Positions 13,124 through 23,722 of a stretch of DNA of 64,000 nucleotides are shown here, one piece after another. Positions within the stretch are counted from its first letter, which is position 1, and every line of letters starts with the position of its first letter. Made by a program: the position numbers and the translations under genes. The notes under the pieces were generated by a model, which saw nothing but the letters and a program-made list of their open reading frames with translations, was not told the DNA's origin and made no database searches. Source of the stretch: an uncultured Chloroflexia bacterium (GTDB lineage Bacteria; Chloroflexota; Limnocylindria; Limnocylindrales; CSP1-4); assembly GCA_963766735.1 (NCBI GenBank), contig CAVYBU010000019.1:32001-96000 (forward strand), written 5' to 3'.

Positions 13124-14086
13124 TCAGTGGGCCCCGGCCGTTGCCGGCTCGGGATCCGTGGGGGCTGGCTGCGGCTCGTGCTCCTCATGGTGCTCGTCGC
13201 CGTGATGCTCGATCGCCGCCAGGGTGAACATGAGTGTCAGCGTACTGAAGATGAGCGCCTGGACGAGGTTCAGCATGACCTCGAGGGCGTACATGGCAAG
13301 GGGGATGAACGCCACCGTCAGGGCCGTGAGGACGCCGAGGGCGACCTCACCGCCGTAGATGTTGCCGAAGAGTCGCATGGACAGCGTGACCGGCTTCACG
13401 AACTCCAGGAGGAGCTCCACGAGGCCCACGAACATGGCGATGAGCCCCGCCCCGATCCCCTTCCTGAACTCGGTCACGGGGAAGAACTTGCCCAGGTAGC
13501 CCAGGCCCAGGTGCTTGAAGCCCTGGAACTGGAAGAACAGGAACGCGACCATCGCCAGGCCGATGGTGACGTTCACGTCGCTCGTCGGCGCACGGAACCA
13601 GATCACCCGGCCGACGCCGGGGATGAGCCCCGACCAGTTGCTGAACAGGATCAGGAGGAAGAAGGCGGCAAACAGCGGGATGTAGGGCTTGGCCCCCGGA
13701 CCGCCCAGCGACATCGCGAAGCTCTCGAGGGACTCGAAGATCCACTCGGCTACGTTCTGCCGGCCACTGGGGATCATCCTCGCTCCCCGGGCCATCAGCC
13801 AGAACGAGAGGATCACGACGACCGCCACGATCCACAGGGTCAGCAGCGTGGACGAGATGCTCACGTCAAAGACCACGAGGCCGGGCGGCGTGTGGTGGCC
13901 GACCGGGATCACGGCGTGGGGTGCCGGGAGTTCGAGGTTGCCGTTGATGAAGCAGATCGGGTAGACGCACTCGGCGGTGGCACCGCCCTCGGCCGTCGGA
14001 TCGAACGGGGGGACGACGAAGAACGCGATGACGTCGATGACGAGGACTGCGGCGAGCATCAGCAGGATGCGGTTGCGGCGGCTCAT
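13124..14086 (-). CDS. atpB: F0 ATP synthase subunit a
   Basis: PSGRQN, SNWSGLIP, APTSDVN, LSMRLFGN, QALIF. Start chosen at MSRRNR. Confidence 0.94.
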   Translation of the reverse strand: MSRRNRILLMLAAVLVIDVIAFFVVPPFDPTAEGGATAECVYPICFINGNLELPAPHAVIPVGHHTPPGLVVFDVSISSTLLTLWIVAVVVILSFWLMARGARMIPSGRQNVAEWIFESLESFAMSLGGPGAKPYIPLFAAFFLLILFSNWSGLIPGVGRVIWFRAPTSDVNVTIGLAMVAFLFFQFQGFKHLGLGYLGKFFPVTEFRKGIGAGLIAMFVGLVELLLEFVKPVTLSMRLFGNIYGGEVALGVLTALTVAFIPLAMYALEVMLNLVQALIFSTLTLMFTLAAIEHHGDEHHEEHEPQPAPTDPEPATAGAH

Positions 14087-14183
14087 CGATCCGCTTCCAC
14101 CATCCGTGTTTCGCGCGTCACGTTCCCTCCGTGCAGCGGCGCGGCCATCGGCCACGCGTCATCCGTGTCCGTTCCGTGGCCGG

Positions 14184-14396
14184 TCAGTCCAACCGCTTCA
14201 GGAACCGTGTCAGCAGGCGATAGATCCCAAATGCTCCAAGCCCGGCGCCGGCAAGGAAGCCGACCAGAATGAACAGCGGCCTGGTTCCCAGCTCCTGGTC
14301 CACCCAGTAACCCGCCGCCACTCCGGCGAGCGTCGTAACGAGGAGGACCAGGCCGATCTCGGAGAACAGCGCGAGGTATCCGAAACCGGCATTCAT
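14184..14396 (-). CDS. atpI: AtpZ/AtpI-family small membrane protein
   Basis: Two TM helices, GYWVD..LGTRP motif, first gene of the atp operon. Confidence 0.85.
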   Translation of the reverse strand: MNAGFGYLALFSEIGLVLLVTTLAGVAAGYWVDQELGTRPLFILVGFLAGAGLGAFGIYRLLTRFLKRLD

Positions 14397-14420
14397 GGGC
14401 GACCAACCACCGCGCCGGTG

Positions 14421-14429
14421 ACTATACCA
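14421..14429 (-). promoter_or_regulatory. Extended -10 promoter element of the atp operon (TGgTATAGT)
   Basis: Minus-strand TGGTATAGT 24 nt upstream of the atpI ATG. Confidence 0.55.
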
Positions 14430-14443
14430 GAGCCCCCCGGGGG

Positions 14444-15991
14444 TCAGGAAAGCGCCAGGACGGCGTCAATGTCGATCCTCCCATCGCCGACGGCGCGGAC
14501 CTCGATGGCGTGTGACACGCCGGGGCCGCGGGCAAGTCCCCCGACGTACAGGACCCGGCGGTGGACCGTCGCGCTCGCCCTCTCGCTGACGGTGGCGACC
14601 TTCGCGCCGTCCACCCAGACCTCGAAGCTGCCGCGGTTGGCCGAACGGGGGCCGACGATCGCGAACTGGCGGACGTCGGTCAGGGTGACGCTGGCGGAAG
14701 CACCCGCGGCGCCCGCGGAGCGCTGCCCGCCGCCGGAGGCGTTGCCGGTGGCATGCGTCGTCCAGGCCCCAGCAAAGGTGAGGGCCGGATCGGTCTCCTG
14801 GTAGCGGGCGACCCGCGCCGTCGACGAATAGCGCCAGGACCCGGTCCGGCCGGCGGTGTCCGTGGTCCGGGCGCGCCAGCGGAACGTGGGGCCGACGGGG
14901 AGGTCGCGGCGGATCGACCGGGCGGTGGAACGAGAGATGACGGTCATCGGGTAGGTGGCGCCGGCGTTGCCGCTCGCCTGCACGATGTAGGAGCGAACCC
15001 CGGACCCACGGCGGGTCACGCCACACCAGGAGAGCCTGGCCGGGACCGTGACGTCGATGGTGCTGTCCGCGATGAAGCCCACCGTCGGCCGGTCGGTGAT
15101 CGGGCTGCTCGAGAGGCCATCCTGGCCGGGGCGGGCGATTGTGATGGACACGGTGGCGGTGTCGGTCCGGCCCTCGCTGTCGCGGACGGTGTAGGTGAAC
15201 GAATCGTCGCCCGTGGCGCAGGCCCTGGCGTTGTAGCGGACGCCGGCACCGTCGGCAGCGATGGAGACCGACACCTTCGTGCCCTGCGTCACGGCGGTGA
15301 CCGCAAGGGTGGGCGCCGGCTCCGGGGTGACCGGGCCGGAGGCCGGAGCGGAGACATCGTTGTCCAGGACCGCCAGCGTCCCGGCGCCGGTGGCATCCAC
15401 CGTGAATGCGTCTGCTCGAGCATCCGGTGCGTCGTTGGCCACGGCGACGGCCGGGGTCTGGCCCGGCGTCGACGGGAGGGTGGGCGCCGGCGACGCGATC
15501 AACGGGTCCATGGAGTCACCAGAGGGCCCCGGCGTGGGTGCGTGCGACGGTGGGGGGCTCGGGGTGAGCGCCACCGCGACGGGCGTTGGCGGGACCGGGG
15601 CGGAGGGGACCGGCTGCGATGTGGTGCCGGACCCGAACGCGCTGACGGCCAGGAGGACCAGGCTGGTGACGAGGAGCACGCCGGCAGCGTCGCGCCAGAG
15701 GCGGCGGCGCATCGACACATCGAGCGGCGGTTCGACTGCCGGATCATCGGCCCCGGCGACCGCGGCATCCTCGGCCTGGTTGTCGGCCGGCGCGGCGAGA
15801 CCCGTGGGGAGATCGCCGCCGACACCGATGCGCGAGAGGATCTCCTCCTGGGTCAGGTCCGGGCCCATCGTTGCGGCGACGACGTGCGCGGCCCTGACCG
15901 CAGCGCGGCGGCGTCGGACCAGGAAGGCGATGATCACCCCCGCCACGACGAGGGATATCGCGATCAGCAGGAAGGACAGGAGCGGCGGCAT
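14444..15991 (-). CDS. Membrane-anchored extracellular protein with Pro-rich linker, Ig-like (Big_9/cadherin-like) domain and C-terminal beta-sandwich
   Basis: Two TM segments, P/S/T-rich linker, NDAPDARADAF...VLDND...DSFTYTVRD...DTATVSITI, C-terminal GSFEVWVDG module. Confidence 0.75.
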   Translation of the reverse strand: MPPLLSFLLIAISLVVAGVIIAFLVRRRRAAVRAAHVVAATMGPDLTQEEILSRIGVGGDLPTGLAAPADNQAEDAAVAGADDPAVEPPLDVSMRRRLWRDAAGVLLVTSLVLLAVSAFGSGTTSQPVPSAPVPPTPVAVALTPSPPPSHAPTPGPSGDSMDPLIASPAPTLPSTPGQTPAVAVANDAPDARADAFTVDATGAGTLAVLDNDVSAPASGPVTPEPAPTLAVTAVTQGTKVSVSIAADGAGVRYNARACATGDDSFTYTVRDSEGRTDTATVSITIARPGQDGLSSSPITDRPTVGFIADSTIDVTVPARLSWCGVTRRGSGVRSYIVQASGNAGATYPMTVISRSTARSIRRDLPVGPTFRWRARTTDTAGRTGSWRYSSTARVARYQETDPALTFAGAWTTHATGNASGGGQRSAGAAGASASVTLTDVRQFAIVGPRSANRGSFEVWVDGAKVATVSERASATVHRRVLYVGGLARGPGVSHAIEVRAVGDGRIDIDAVLALS

Positions 15992-16076
15992 CGGCCCTCG
16001 GCATGCCGGTACCTCCGGGGTGCCGGTCGCTCGATGCTAGCACCGCGCGAAGCTGCTCCGCCCTCGGCCTGATGCC

Positions 16077-17189
16077 CTATTCCGCGGTCTCAGGCTCCTC
16101 GTACGTCTCCGCCTCGAGGGCGTTGGCCGTCTCGCCACGCGTCAACAGGAACAGCCCGAGGCCGAACGCGACGGCCAGGCCAAGGAACGCGTAGAGCTGC
16201 CCGGTGCCCGAGAGCACGAACGTGAGCACGGCAAGCAGGATGCAGATCGCGTAGATCACCAGGACCGTCTGGCTCTGGGAGAGACCCAGGTCCAGCAGGC
16301 GGTGATGGATGTGCCCGCGGTCCGGTGAGAACGGCGAACGCCCAGCGACGAGTCGCCGGACAATGATCCAGAACGTGTCCAGGATCGGCACGCCCAGCAC
16401 CAGGAGCGCCACCGCGACCTTCGCCGAACCCAGGATCGAGAGCACGGCCAGCGTGTAGCCGACGAACATGACCCCGCTGGTGCCGATGAAGATGGTCGCC
16501 GGGTGGAAGTTCCAGCGCAGGAACCCGAGCAGGGACCCCGCCAGCGCGAAGCACAGGATCGCGATGAACGGCTGGCCGATCGCCGTCGTCATCGAGATCA
16601 GGCCCAACGTGGCCGCGGCGATCAGCGCGATCCCGGACGACAGGCCGTCCAGCCCATCGATGAAGTTGATGCTGTTGATCATCCCCACGATCCACAGCAT
16701 CGTGAAGCCGATCGCGAACGGCTCGCTCAGGCTGATGTTGCCGGGCCCGAACGGGTTGTTCAGGTAGGTCACCGTGATCCCCGCCGCCACCGCCAGGCCG
16801 GCGAGCACGAGCTGGCCCAGCAGCTGCCAGCGCGCGCGCAGCTGGAACGTGTCGTCCAGGATCCCGAGCAGCGTCGCCGCGATGCCACCCGCCAGCAGCG
16901 CGATCAGATCCGCGGATTCGAGGGTCCAGGGCATGGGAACGGCGGCGGTCTGGGAATTGAGCGCGATGCCAGCCACCGCGACCACGAGGAAGGCGACGGC
17001 GACCGCGACGCCACCGCCCCGCGGGATCGGGGCAGCGTTGACGCGCCTGTCATCGGGACGGTCGACGTTGTCGAGGCGAATGGCCACGCGCAGGACGAGC
17101 GGGGTGAGCACCAGCGCGAGGAGCGCTGCGACCACGAACGCGGCGACGAGGAACGGGAGCACCTCGCCGAACGTCGAGATCAGCCGCAT
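16077..17189 (-). CDS. Undecaprenyl-phosphate GlcNAc-1-phosphate transferase (WecA/TagO, MraY family GT4)
   Basis: PRGGG, GILDD, NSINFIDGLDGL, NFHPATIFIG, DRGHIHHRL. Confidence 0.92.
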   Translation of the reverse strand: MRLISTFGEVLPFLVAAFVVAALLALVLTPLVLRVAIRLDNVDRPDDRRVNAAPIPRGGGVAVAVAFLVVAVAGIALNSQTAAVPMPWTLESADLIALLAGGIAATLLGILDDTFQLRARWQLLGQLVLAGLAVAAGITVTYLNNPFGPGNISLSEPFAIGFTMLWIVGMINSINFIDGLDGLSSGIALIAAATLGLISMTTAIGQPFIAILCFALAGSLLGFLRWNFHPATIFIGTSGVMFVGYTLAVLSILGSAKVAVALLVLGVPILDTFWIIVRRLVAGRSPFSPDRGHIHHRLLDLGLSQSQTVLVIYAICILLAVLTFVLSGTGQLYAFLGLAVAFGLGLFLLTRGETANALEAETYEEPETAE

Positions 17190-17204
17190 GTCGGGACCCC
17201 GGTC

Positions 17205-18542
17205 TCAGTCGCGGTCTCGCGGGAGCCCCGGAACCGGGAACTGCGCGACCAGCTCCCGGACCTCGGTCCGGATCCGCTCGTGGACCGCGGCATCATCGCG
17301 GCCCCGGATGGCGCTCACGATCCACTGACCGATCACGCGCATCTCCTCGGGGCCCATGCCGCGGGTGGTGGTCGCCGGGGTGCCGATCCGGATGCCGCTG
17401 GCGATGTTGGGAGGGTTCACGTCGAACGGGATCGCGTTCTTGTTGACGGTGATGCTGACGTCATCGAGAAGGGCCTCAGCCTCGCGTCCGGTCACGCCGA
17501 GCGGGGTCACGTCGACCAGCGCGAGATGGTTGTCGGTCCCACCGCTCACCAGCCGGGCGCCCGCCTCGGCGACGGTCCCGGCCAGGACGGACGCATTCTC
17601 GATCGTCCGGGCCTGGTCGCTCCGGAACTCACCGGTTGCCGCCAGGCGGAGTGCGACGGCCTTGGCGGCGATCACGTGCATCAGGGGGCCGCCCTGCACG
17701 CCCGGGAACACGCTCTTGTCGACGGCGGCCGCCAGGGTGTTCTTGCCCAGGGCCGGGAAGTCGGCCCGGTCGATCCCCTCTGGCAGGTCAGCCCGGGCGA
17801 ACACGAGGCCGCCGCGCGGCCCACGCAGCGTCTTGTGCGTGGTGGTGGTCACGAGATCCGCGTGCGGGAAGGGACTGGGGTGGAGGCCCGCGGCCACGAG
17901 TCCCGCGAAGTGCGCCATGTCCACGAACAGCAGCGCTCCGACGCCGTGGGCGATCGCCGCCATCCGCTCGAAGTCCCAGGTGCGCGGGTAGGCGGACGCG
18001 CCGGCCACGACCACCTTCGGGCGGACCTCCTTCGCCTGCGCCTCGAGCGCGTCGTAGTCGATCTGCTCGGTCTCACGGGTCACGCCGTACGCGTGCACCT
18101 CGTAGAGGCGGCCGGAGAAGTTGACCGGGGAACCGTGCGTGAGGTGCCCGCCGTGGGCGAGGCTCATGCCCAGGATGCGGTCGCCGGGGCGCAGGACGGC
18201 GAAGTAGGCCGCCATGTTGGCCTGGGCACCCGAGTGCGGCTGGACGTTCACGTGGTCCGCGCCCGGGAAGAGCGCGAGCGCGCGGGCCCTGGCCAGCTCC
18301 TCCGCGACGTCCACGTGCTCGCAGCCGCCGTAGTAGCGCTTGCCCGGGAGTCCCTCGGCGTACTTGTTGGTGAGCCAGGAGCCCTGCGCCTCCTCGACCG
18401 CCGCATAGACGTAGTTCTCGCTGGCGATGAGCTCGATGTTGTCCGTCTGGCGGTGGCGCTCCGCCTCGATCGCCGCCCAGATCTCGGGGTCCACCTCTGC
18501 GAGGGACGCCCAGGCGGTTGAGGGAGCGGCGGCATGGGACAC
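17205..18542 (-). CDS. glyA: Serine hydroxymethyltransferase
   Basis: [42 protein letters not shown]. Confidence 0.97.
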   Translation of the reverse strand: MSHAAAPSTAWASLAEVDPEIWAAIEAERHRQTDNIELIASENYVYAAVEEAQGSWLTNKYAEGLPGKRYYGGCEHVDVAEELARARALALFPGADHVNVQPHSGAQANMAAYFAVLRPGDRILGMSLAHGGHLTHGSPVNFSGRLYEVHAYGVTRETEQIDYDALEAQAKEVRPKVVVAGASAYPRTWDFERMAAIAHGVGALLFVDMAHFAGLVAAGLHPSPFPHADLVTTTTHKTLRGPRGGLVFARADLPEGIDRADFPALGKNTLAAAVDKSVFPGVQGGPLMHVIAAKAVALRLAATGEFRSDQARTIENASVLAGTVAEAGARLVSGGTDNHLALVDVTPLGVTGREAEALLDDVSITVNKNAIPFDVNPPNIASGIRIGTPATTTRGMGPEEMRVIGQWIVSAIRGRDDAAVHERIRTEVRELVAQFPVPGLPRDRD

Positions 18543-18739
18543 GTGAGTCCTCCTGGCAGGATCGGCGCGGGGGGGAGTTCGGCGATTTCGGCTGCGGCGG
18601 GTGGCGAGGGTGCGGCGGCGGGCGGCGGAGCGGTCATCGGCGGGCGACGCGGCGCCGACATCTCGGCCGGAGTCGCTCCACGCCGGGGTGCGTCCCTATC
18701 TTCCCACGTGTGGCCGGGGGAGCGGCGCGCCTGCCGACC

Positions 18740-19399
18740 CTAGCCTTCCGTTGCGAGCTCCAGGCCCGCCTCCGCCAGCACGCGGGCAATCTCCTCCGCC
18801 GGGATCGCGCCCACGCGACGGATCACCGGCCGCGCCCCCGTGCAGTCCACCACCGTGGACGCCGGGCCACCGCGGATCGGACCGCCGTCGATGACGAGAG
18901 CAAGCGCATCCCCAAGGCGGTCCCCGATCTCCCGCGCATCGCGCGCGTCCACTTCACCCGAGACGTTGGCCGAGGTCGTGGGCAGCGGACCGAGGGCGGC
19001 GGCGAGGGCCCGCGGGGCCGGGTGGTCGGGCACACGGACGCCGATGGTGGGGGCGCCGCCGGCCAGCACGCGCGGCAGGTGGGCGTCCGGACGCACGGAC
19101 AGGACGAGCGTGAGACCACCGGGCCAGAACCGCTCGCCCAGCACGCGTGCCGCGGGACCGACCACGCCCAGCTCCTCGGCCTGGGCGGCCTCGGCCAGCA
19201 GCACGGCGACGGCCTTCCCGGGCGGCCGCCGCTTCGCCGCGAACAGCCGCTCGATGGCGTCCGGCAGCGCCATGTCCGCCGCGATCCCGTACACGGTGTC
19301 CGTGGGCACGGCCACGATCCCGCCGCCCCGGAGGAGCCTGACCGCCTCGTCGCGCGCGGCGTCACCGTCCGGGAGGATCCGGGGATGGGGCGAGCTCAC
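18740..19399 (-). CDS. tsaC: L-threonylcarbamoyladenylate synthase (short YrdC/TsaC type)
   Basis: PTDTVYG, KRRP, FWPGGLT, TTSANVSG, STVVD. Confidence 0.92.
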   Translation of the reverse strand: MSSPHPRILPDGDAARDEAVRLLRGGGIVAVPTDTVYGIAADMALPDAIERLFAAKRRPPGKAVAVLLAEAAQAEELGVVGPAARVLGERFWPGGLTLVLSVRPDAHLPRVLAGGAPTIGVRVPDHPAPRALAAALGPLPTTSANVSGEVDARDAREIGDRLGDALALVIDGGPIRGGPASTVVDCTGARPVIRRVGAIPAEEIARVLAEAGLELATEG

Positions 19400-20382
19400 G
19401 CCGGAGTCCCATCGGCGGCGCCTGAGCCCAGCCGGTCGCGCCGGACGGCACGCGCGGCCTCAGCCAGGCGGGCGGCGTTGCGGGCGGCCTCCCTGGGCGG
19501 AGCCAGCACCAGCGCCTCGATCAGGGCCGCGGCCCCGTCCTCCTCCACCGGCGGTGCCAGGTAGCGAGCGGACGGCCACAGCTCCACGGGCGAGCTGATC
19601 ATGGCCGCCCCGTGCCCGGCGTCGGCGATCATCTCCTGGTCGTTCAGCGCGTCGCCGATCGTCAGGACCTGGCCCAGCGGGATCCCGGCCCGGTGCGCGA
19701 GCCAGGCCACCGCGCGCCCCTTCGAGACACCATCCGCGACGAACTCCAGGAACCGCGGGTGGGAGACGGTGGGGCTTGCCCGGCCCGCAAACTGGCGGCG
19801 AGCTTCGCCGATCAGCTGCATCGGCACCGGTGGCTCGCCCGACGAGACCACCTTCGTCATCGGCCGGTCCACGACCGCCGCCAGGTCCGGGACGAAGGTG
19901 GCGTCGGTCCCGTAGTACGCGGAGTAGTCCTCGAACCGCGGGTCGTCCGCCGCGGCGAGGATCTCCTCGAGGTTGTTGACGTGGGCGTGCAGGCCATGGG
20001 CCAGGCACCAGGCGATGGCGTCCCGGATCACGGCCGGCTCCATCGGCTTGTGGTAGATCAGCCGTCCGACCCGTCCCCGCTGCACCACGACCTCGCTCCG
20101 GACCGCCTCCGGACGCCTGGGCATCGCCCGGATGACGGCTCCCTGGTGCGCGATGATCGGCTCCGAGAGGTTGAGCTGGCTGGCAAAGCCGACCGCCGCG
20201 ACCGGCCGGCGACCCGTCGCGAGCGAGACGCGCACGCCCCGCCCGATGGCCTCCGCGACCGCGGCCCGGATCCGGGGGGAGAGGCGGGCGTCCGGCCCGA
20301 CCAGCGTGCCGTCGATGTCGAGCGCCACCAGCCGGATGGGGAAGGCGGGCTCCGGACGGACGTGCGGACGATGGTTCCTCAC
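19396..20382 (-). CDS. Cof-type HAD-IIB hydrolase
   Basis: DIDGTL, LATGR, VSKG, IGDALND motifs. GTG start overlaps the prmC stop. Confidence 0.88.
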   Translation of the reverse strand: MRNHRPHVRPEPAFPIRLVALDIDGTLVGPDARLSPRIRAAVAEAIGRGVRVSLATGRRPVAAVGFASQLNLSEPIIAHQGAVIRAMPRRPEAVRSEVVVQRGRVGRLIYHKPMEPAVIRDAIAWCLAHGLHAHVNNLEEILAAADDPRFEDYSAYYGTDATFVPDLAAVVDRPMTKVVSSGEPPVPMQLIGEARRQFAGRASPTVSHPRFLEFVADGVSKGRAVAWLAHRAGIPLGQVLTIGDALNDQEMIADAGHGAAMISSPVELWPSARYLAPPVEEDGAAALIEALVLAPPREAARNAARLAEAARAVRRDRLGSGAADGTPA

Positions 20383-21314
20383 GCGTGCGACCCCGCGGCG
20401 CGCGGCGGCTCGATCCGGGCCAGGCGCGGCAGCCCCGCCAGGTCCGCCATGACGAGACACCGCCACCCCGGCAGCCGTGCCTCCACCTCGTGGACGATCC
20501 CCTCTCCCTGGTCCGCGCCGATCTCGACCAGCGCCACCCCATCCGCGGCGAGGGTTCCCGGCAGCAGGTCCAGCAGACGCCGCACGACGTCCAGGCCATC
20601 CGGTCCGCCGTCGAGGGCCTCCCTGGGCTCGAACGACAGGTCCTTCGCCAGCCCCGCCAGGTCGCCGGTCGCAACGTAGGGCAGGTTGGCGCAGATGACG
20701 CCGTACCGCGGCTCCGCGCGCTCCGGCAGAAGGTCCCGGAGCGCGAAGGTCATCCGGTCCGCAGCTCCGTGGCCAACAGCGTTCTCGCGCGCCAGCTGCA
20801 GGGCGTCGGCGGACAGGTCGCTCGCCTCCACCAGCACCTGGTCTGCCATCTTCCGCTGGCGGAGGGCCGCCACAAGGGCCACGGCGATCGCCCCCGAACC
20901 GGTGCCCACGTCGGCCACCCGCAGCGGCGGGGAGCCCTCGGCTCGCGGCGCGGCCGTGAGCCGGTCGCTCACGATGTCCAGCGCGGTGTCCACCAGGAGC
21001 TCCGTCTCGGGCCGCGGGATCAGCGCCCGCCTGTCCGTCGCGATCGCCTGGCCGTGGAACTCGCGGAAGCCGCGGATGTAGGCCACGGGCTCGCCACCCT
21101 CCCGCCGGATGATCGCCGCCTCGAAGGCCTCGCTCGGCCCGTCCCCCACGAGCGCCTCCGGATGAGCGAGGATCCCGGTTCGATCCGTGCCCAGGGCCCG
21201 CGCCAGCAGCAGCTCTGCGTCCAGGCGCGGCGAGCTGGAGCCCGACACGGCCAGCCGCTCTGCCGCGGACGCGACCAGCGAGGCGACGACCGGCCTGGGT
21301 GCGGGTTCTTCCAC
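20379..21314 (-). CDS. prmC: Release factor glutamine methyltransferase
   Basis: GEPVAYI, LIPRPETE, DVGTGSG, NLPY, ALDGGPDGL. Confidence 0.95.
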   Translation of the reverse strand: MEEPAPRPVVASLVASAAERLAVSGSSSPRLDAELLLARALGTDRTGILAHPEALVGDGPSEAFEAAIIRREGGEPVAYIRGFREFHGQAIATDRRALIPRPETELLVDTALDIVSDRLTAAPRAEGSPPLRVADVGTGSGAIAVALVAALRQRKMADQVLVEASDLSADALQLARENAVGHGAADRMTFALRDLLPERAEPRYGVICANLPYVATGDLAGLAKDLSFEPREALDGGPDGLDVVRRLLDLLPGTLAADGVALVEIGADQGEGIVHEVEARLPGWRCLVMADLAGLPRLARIEPPRAAGSHA

Positions 21315-21319
21315 CGGGG

Positions 21320-22420
21320 CTACCCGCCGGTCTCCGTCAGGGCGTGGAGACGATCGGCCTGGTCCGCCATCTGCAGGGCATCGATCAGGGCGTCGATCTG
21401 GCCCTCCAGCACGCCCGGCACGTTGTGGATGGTGACGCCGATGCGGTGATCCGTGACCCGGTTGTCGGGGAAGTTGTAGGTGCGGATCTTCTCGGACCGG
21501 TCGCCCGAAGTGACCATGGTGCGCCGCTCGGCGCTCTGCTCCGCGCGCTGCTTCGCAAGCTCCAGGTCGTACAGGCGGGATCGGAGGACCGACATCGCCT
21601 TGGCCTTGTTCTTGTGCTGGCTCTTCTCGTCCTGGATCTCCACCACGAGGCCGGACGGAAGGTGCGTGATCCGGACCGCCGAGTCCGTGGTGTTCACCGA
21701 CTGGCCGCCCGGACCGGAGGCACGCTTGACCTCGATGCGGAGGTCCCGCTCCTCGTCGATGTGGACCTCCACCTCGTCCACCTCGGGCAGCACGATGACG
21801 GTGGCCGTGCTGGTGTGGATCCGCCCGCTGGACTCGGTCGAGGGGACACGCTGGACGCGGTGAACGCCGCCCTCGAACTTGAGCCGGCTGTAGGCGCCGT
21901 CTCCCGCGACCTCCAGGATCGCCTCCTTGATGCCGCCGATGCCCGTCTCGTTCAGGCTCATGAGGTCCGTGCGGAAGCGGTGCTCCTGCGCGTAGCGCGT
22001 GTACATGCGGAGGAGCTCCGCGGCGAACAGCGCGGCCTCCTCGCCCCCGGCCCCGGCCCTGATCTCCACGATGACGTTGCGGTCGTCGTTGGGGTCGCGC
22101 GGGAGGAGGGAGACCTTGAGGTCCTCGATCAGCTGCGTCTCACGCGTCTCGAGCGCCGTGATCTCGTCGCGCGCGAGGTCCCGCATCTCGTCGTCGGACT
22201 CCGCGTCGCGCATCTGACGGGCGCCGGCGAGCTGGGCCCGGATGTCGTTGAGCTCCCGGAACGCGGCGACGACCGGCTCCAGGCGGGCGAGCTCGCGGCC
22301 CAGCGTGCGGAGCTGGTTGGGGTCCGCGTGGACCTCGGGGGTGGCGAGCTGGGCGGAGACGTCGTCGTACTGGCGGGCGAGACCGTCGAGCTTGAGGTCG
22401 AGACCGGATTCGTCGGACAT
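21320..22420 (-). CDS. prfA: Peptide chain release factor 1
   Basis: [15 protein letters not shown] (PxT), [16 protein letters not shown]. Confidence 0.97.
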   Translation of the reverse strand: MSDESGLDLKLDGLARQYDDVSAQLATPEVHADPNQLRTLGRELARLEPVVAAFRELNDIRAQLAGARQMRDAESDDEMRDLARDEITALETRETQLIEDLKVSLLPRDPNDDRNVIVEIRAGAGGEEAALFAAELLRMYTRYAQEHRFRTDLMSLNETGIGGIKEAILEVAGDGAYSRLKFEGGVHRVQRVPSTESSGRIHTSTATVIVLPEVDEVEVHIDEERDLRIEVKRASGPGGQSVNTTDSAVRITHLPSGLVVEIQDEKSQHKNKAKAMSVLRSRLYDLELAKQRAEQSAERRTMVTSGDRSEKIRTYNFPDNRVTDHRIGVTIHNVPGVLEGQIDALIDALQMADQADRLHALTETGG

Positions 22421-22444
22421 CGCTGGCGTGTCGCGGATCCGGGC

Positions 22445-23617
22445 TCAGCCCGCGGCCGGCGGATCGAGCGGGGTGGCGACCGCGAGCGGGGCGGGCGCGG
22501 GAGGCTCGAGCGGGTCGGCAACCTCGGCCGCGGCGGGCGCGGGCGCCTCGCCCTCCCGCTCTCCCGCCATCGCATCGGTGGGCACGTCAGCGGCATCGGC
22601 GGCATCGGTGCCGTCGGTGGGCACGTCAGCGGCATCGGCGCTCAGGTCGGCAGCATCGTCGGTTGCCTGCGCCTCGCGGACGGCCGCGGCGGTCTCGCCC
22701 GGCCGCGGCATCGGCTCCCGGGCCAGGCCGAGGCCGCCCTCGGGGATGACCTCGCCGTCGGCGCGGAGCGCCTCCTCGATGGAGACGATGGCGATCTCGA
22801 TCATGTCGTCCGTCGGCTGCTTGGTCGTGATCTTCTGGACCAGGATCCCGGGCCACATGACGACCTTGACGACGGGGTTGGACCGGTGGCGGGCGCCGAA
22901 CCGGAGCAGCTCGTAGCCGACCGACGCGATGACCGGGATCAGCAGGATCCGGCTGGCGACCATGACCAGGGGCGACTGCTTCCCGACCAGGCTGAAGGCC
23001 ACGATCGAGAGCAGGATCACCACGACCAGGAACTCCGTGCCGCAGCGCGGGTGTGCGGTGGGGTACTTGCGGATTGCCTCGGGCCGAAGCGGGTCGCCGG
23101 CCTCCAGCGCGTGGATCGTCATGTGCTCCGCGCCGTGGTACTGGAAGACGCGGCTGATGTCCGGCGTGCGCGCGATCAGCGCGAGGTAGCCGAGGAAGAT
23201 CACGACACGAACGAGGCCCTCCACGAGGTGCTGGGCCAGGTCGTTCTCGATGTTCGCCGTGGTGAACGTGGCGATGATCAGCGGCAGGATGAAGAACAGG
23301 CCGATCCCGAGGACCGCGGTGAAGCCCAGCATCAGGGCGACGGAGCCCTTGCCGATCTCGACTCCCTCGTCCTCAGCCTGCAGGCCGGCCGAGCGGATGA
23401 GCCACCGCGTCCCGACGACGAGGGTCTCGTACAGGATCACGAGCCCGCGCACGAACGGCCACGTGGCGCCCTTGAAGCCGTGGACGCCCGAGTCGAGCCG
23501 CTCGGTCTCGAAGACGATGCGGCCGTCCGGGTGGCGGAGGGCGACCGCGATGGCGTCGCGGCCCCGCATCATGACGCCCTCGATGAGCGCCTGGCCGCCG
23601 TAGGAGTATCGAGGCAT
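22445..23617 (-). CDS. DUF1385 domain membrane protein (putative metal-dependent enzyme) with acidic low-complexity tail
   Basis: YGGQALIEGVMMRG, FQYHGAEH, HPRCGT. Usual position upstream of prfA. Confidence 0.92.
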   Translation of the reverse strand: MPRYSYGGQALIEGVMMRGRDAIAVALRHPDGRIVFETERLDSGVHGFKGATWPFVRGLVILYETLVVGTRWLIRSAGLQAEDEGVEIGKGSVALMLGFTAVLGIGLFFILPLIIATFTTANIENDLAQHLVEGLVRVVIFLGYLALIARTPDISRVFQYHGAEHMTIHALEAGDPLRPEAIRKYPTAHPRCGTEFLVVVILLSIVAFSLVGKQSPLVMVASRILLIPVIASVGYELLRFGARHRSNPVVKVVMWPGILVQKITTKQPTDDMIEIAIVSIEEALRADGEVIPEGGLGLAREPMPRPGETAAAVREAQATDDAADLSADAADVPTDGTDAADAADVPTDAMAGEREGEAPAPAAAEVADPLEPPAPAPLAVATPLDPPAAG

Positions 23618-23722
23618 CCGCTGAGTCTACCGGGTGCGCGGGTTCGCCCCGGCAACACGGCCTGCGGTACCTGACCTGCGCTCCCCGGGCGCCTTCGGCC
23701 GTTCGGACGCATACTCGGCCCG

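Noticed and set aside
18543-18739. ZTP (pfl) or glycine riboswitch upstream of glyA
   Set aside because: The conserved motif sequences could not be found by eye. An Rfam cmscan would be needed to exclude them fully.
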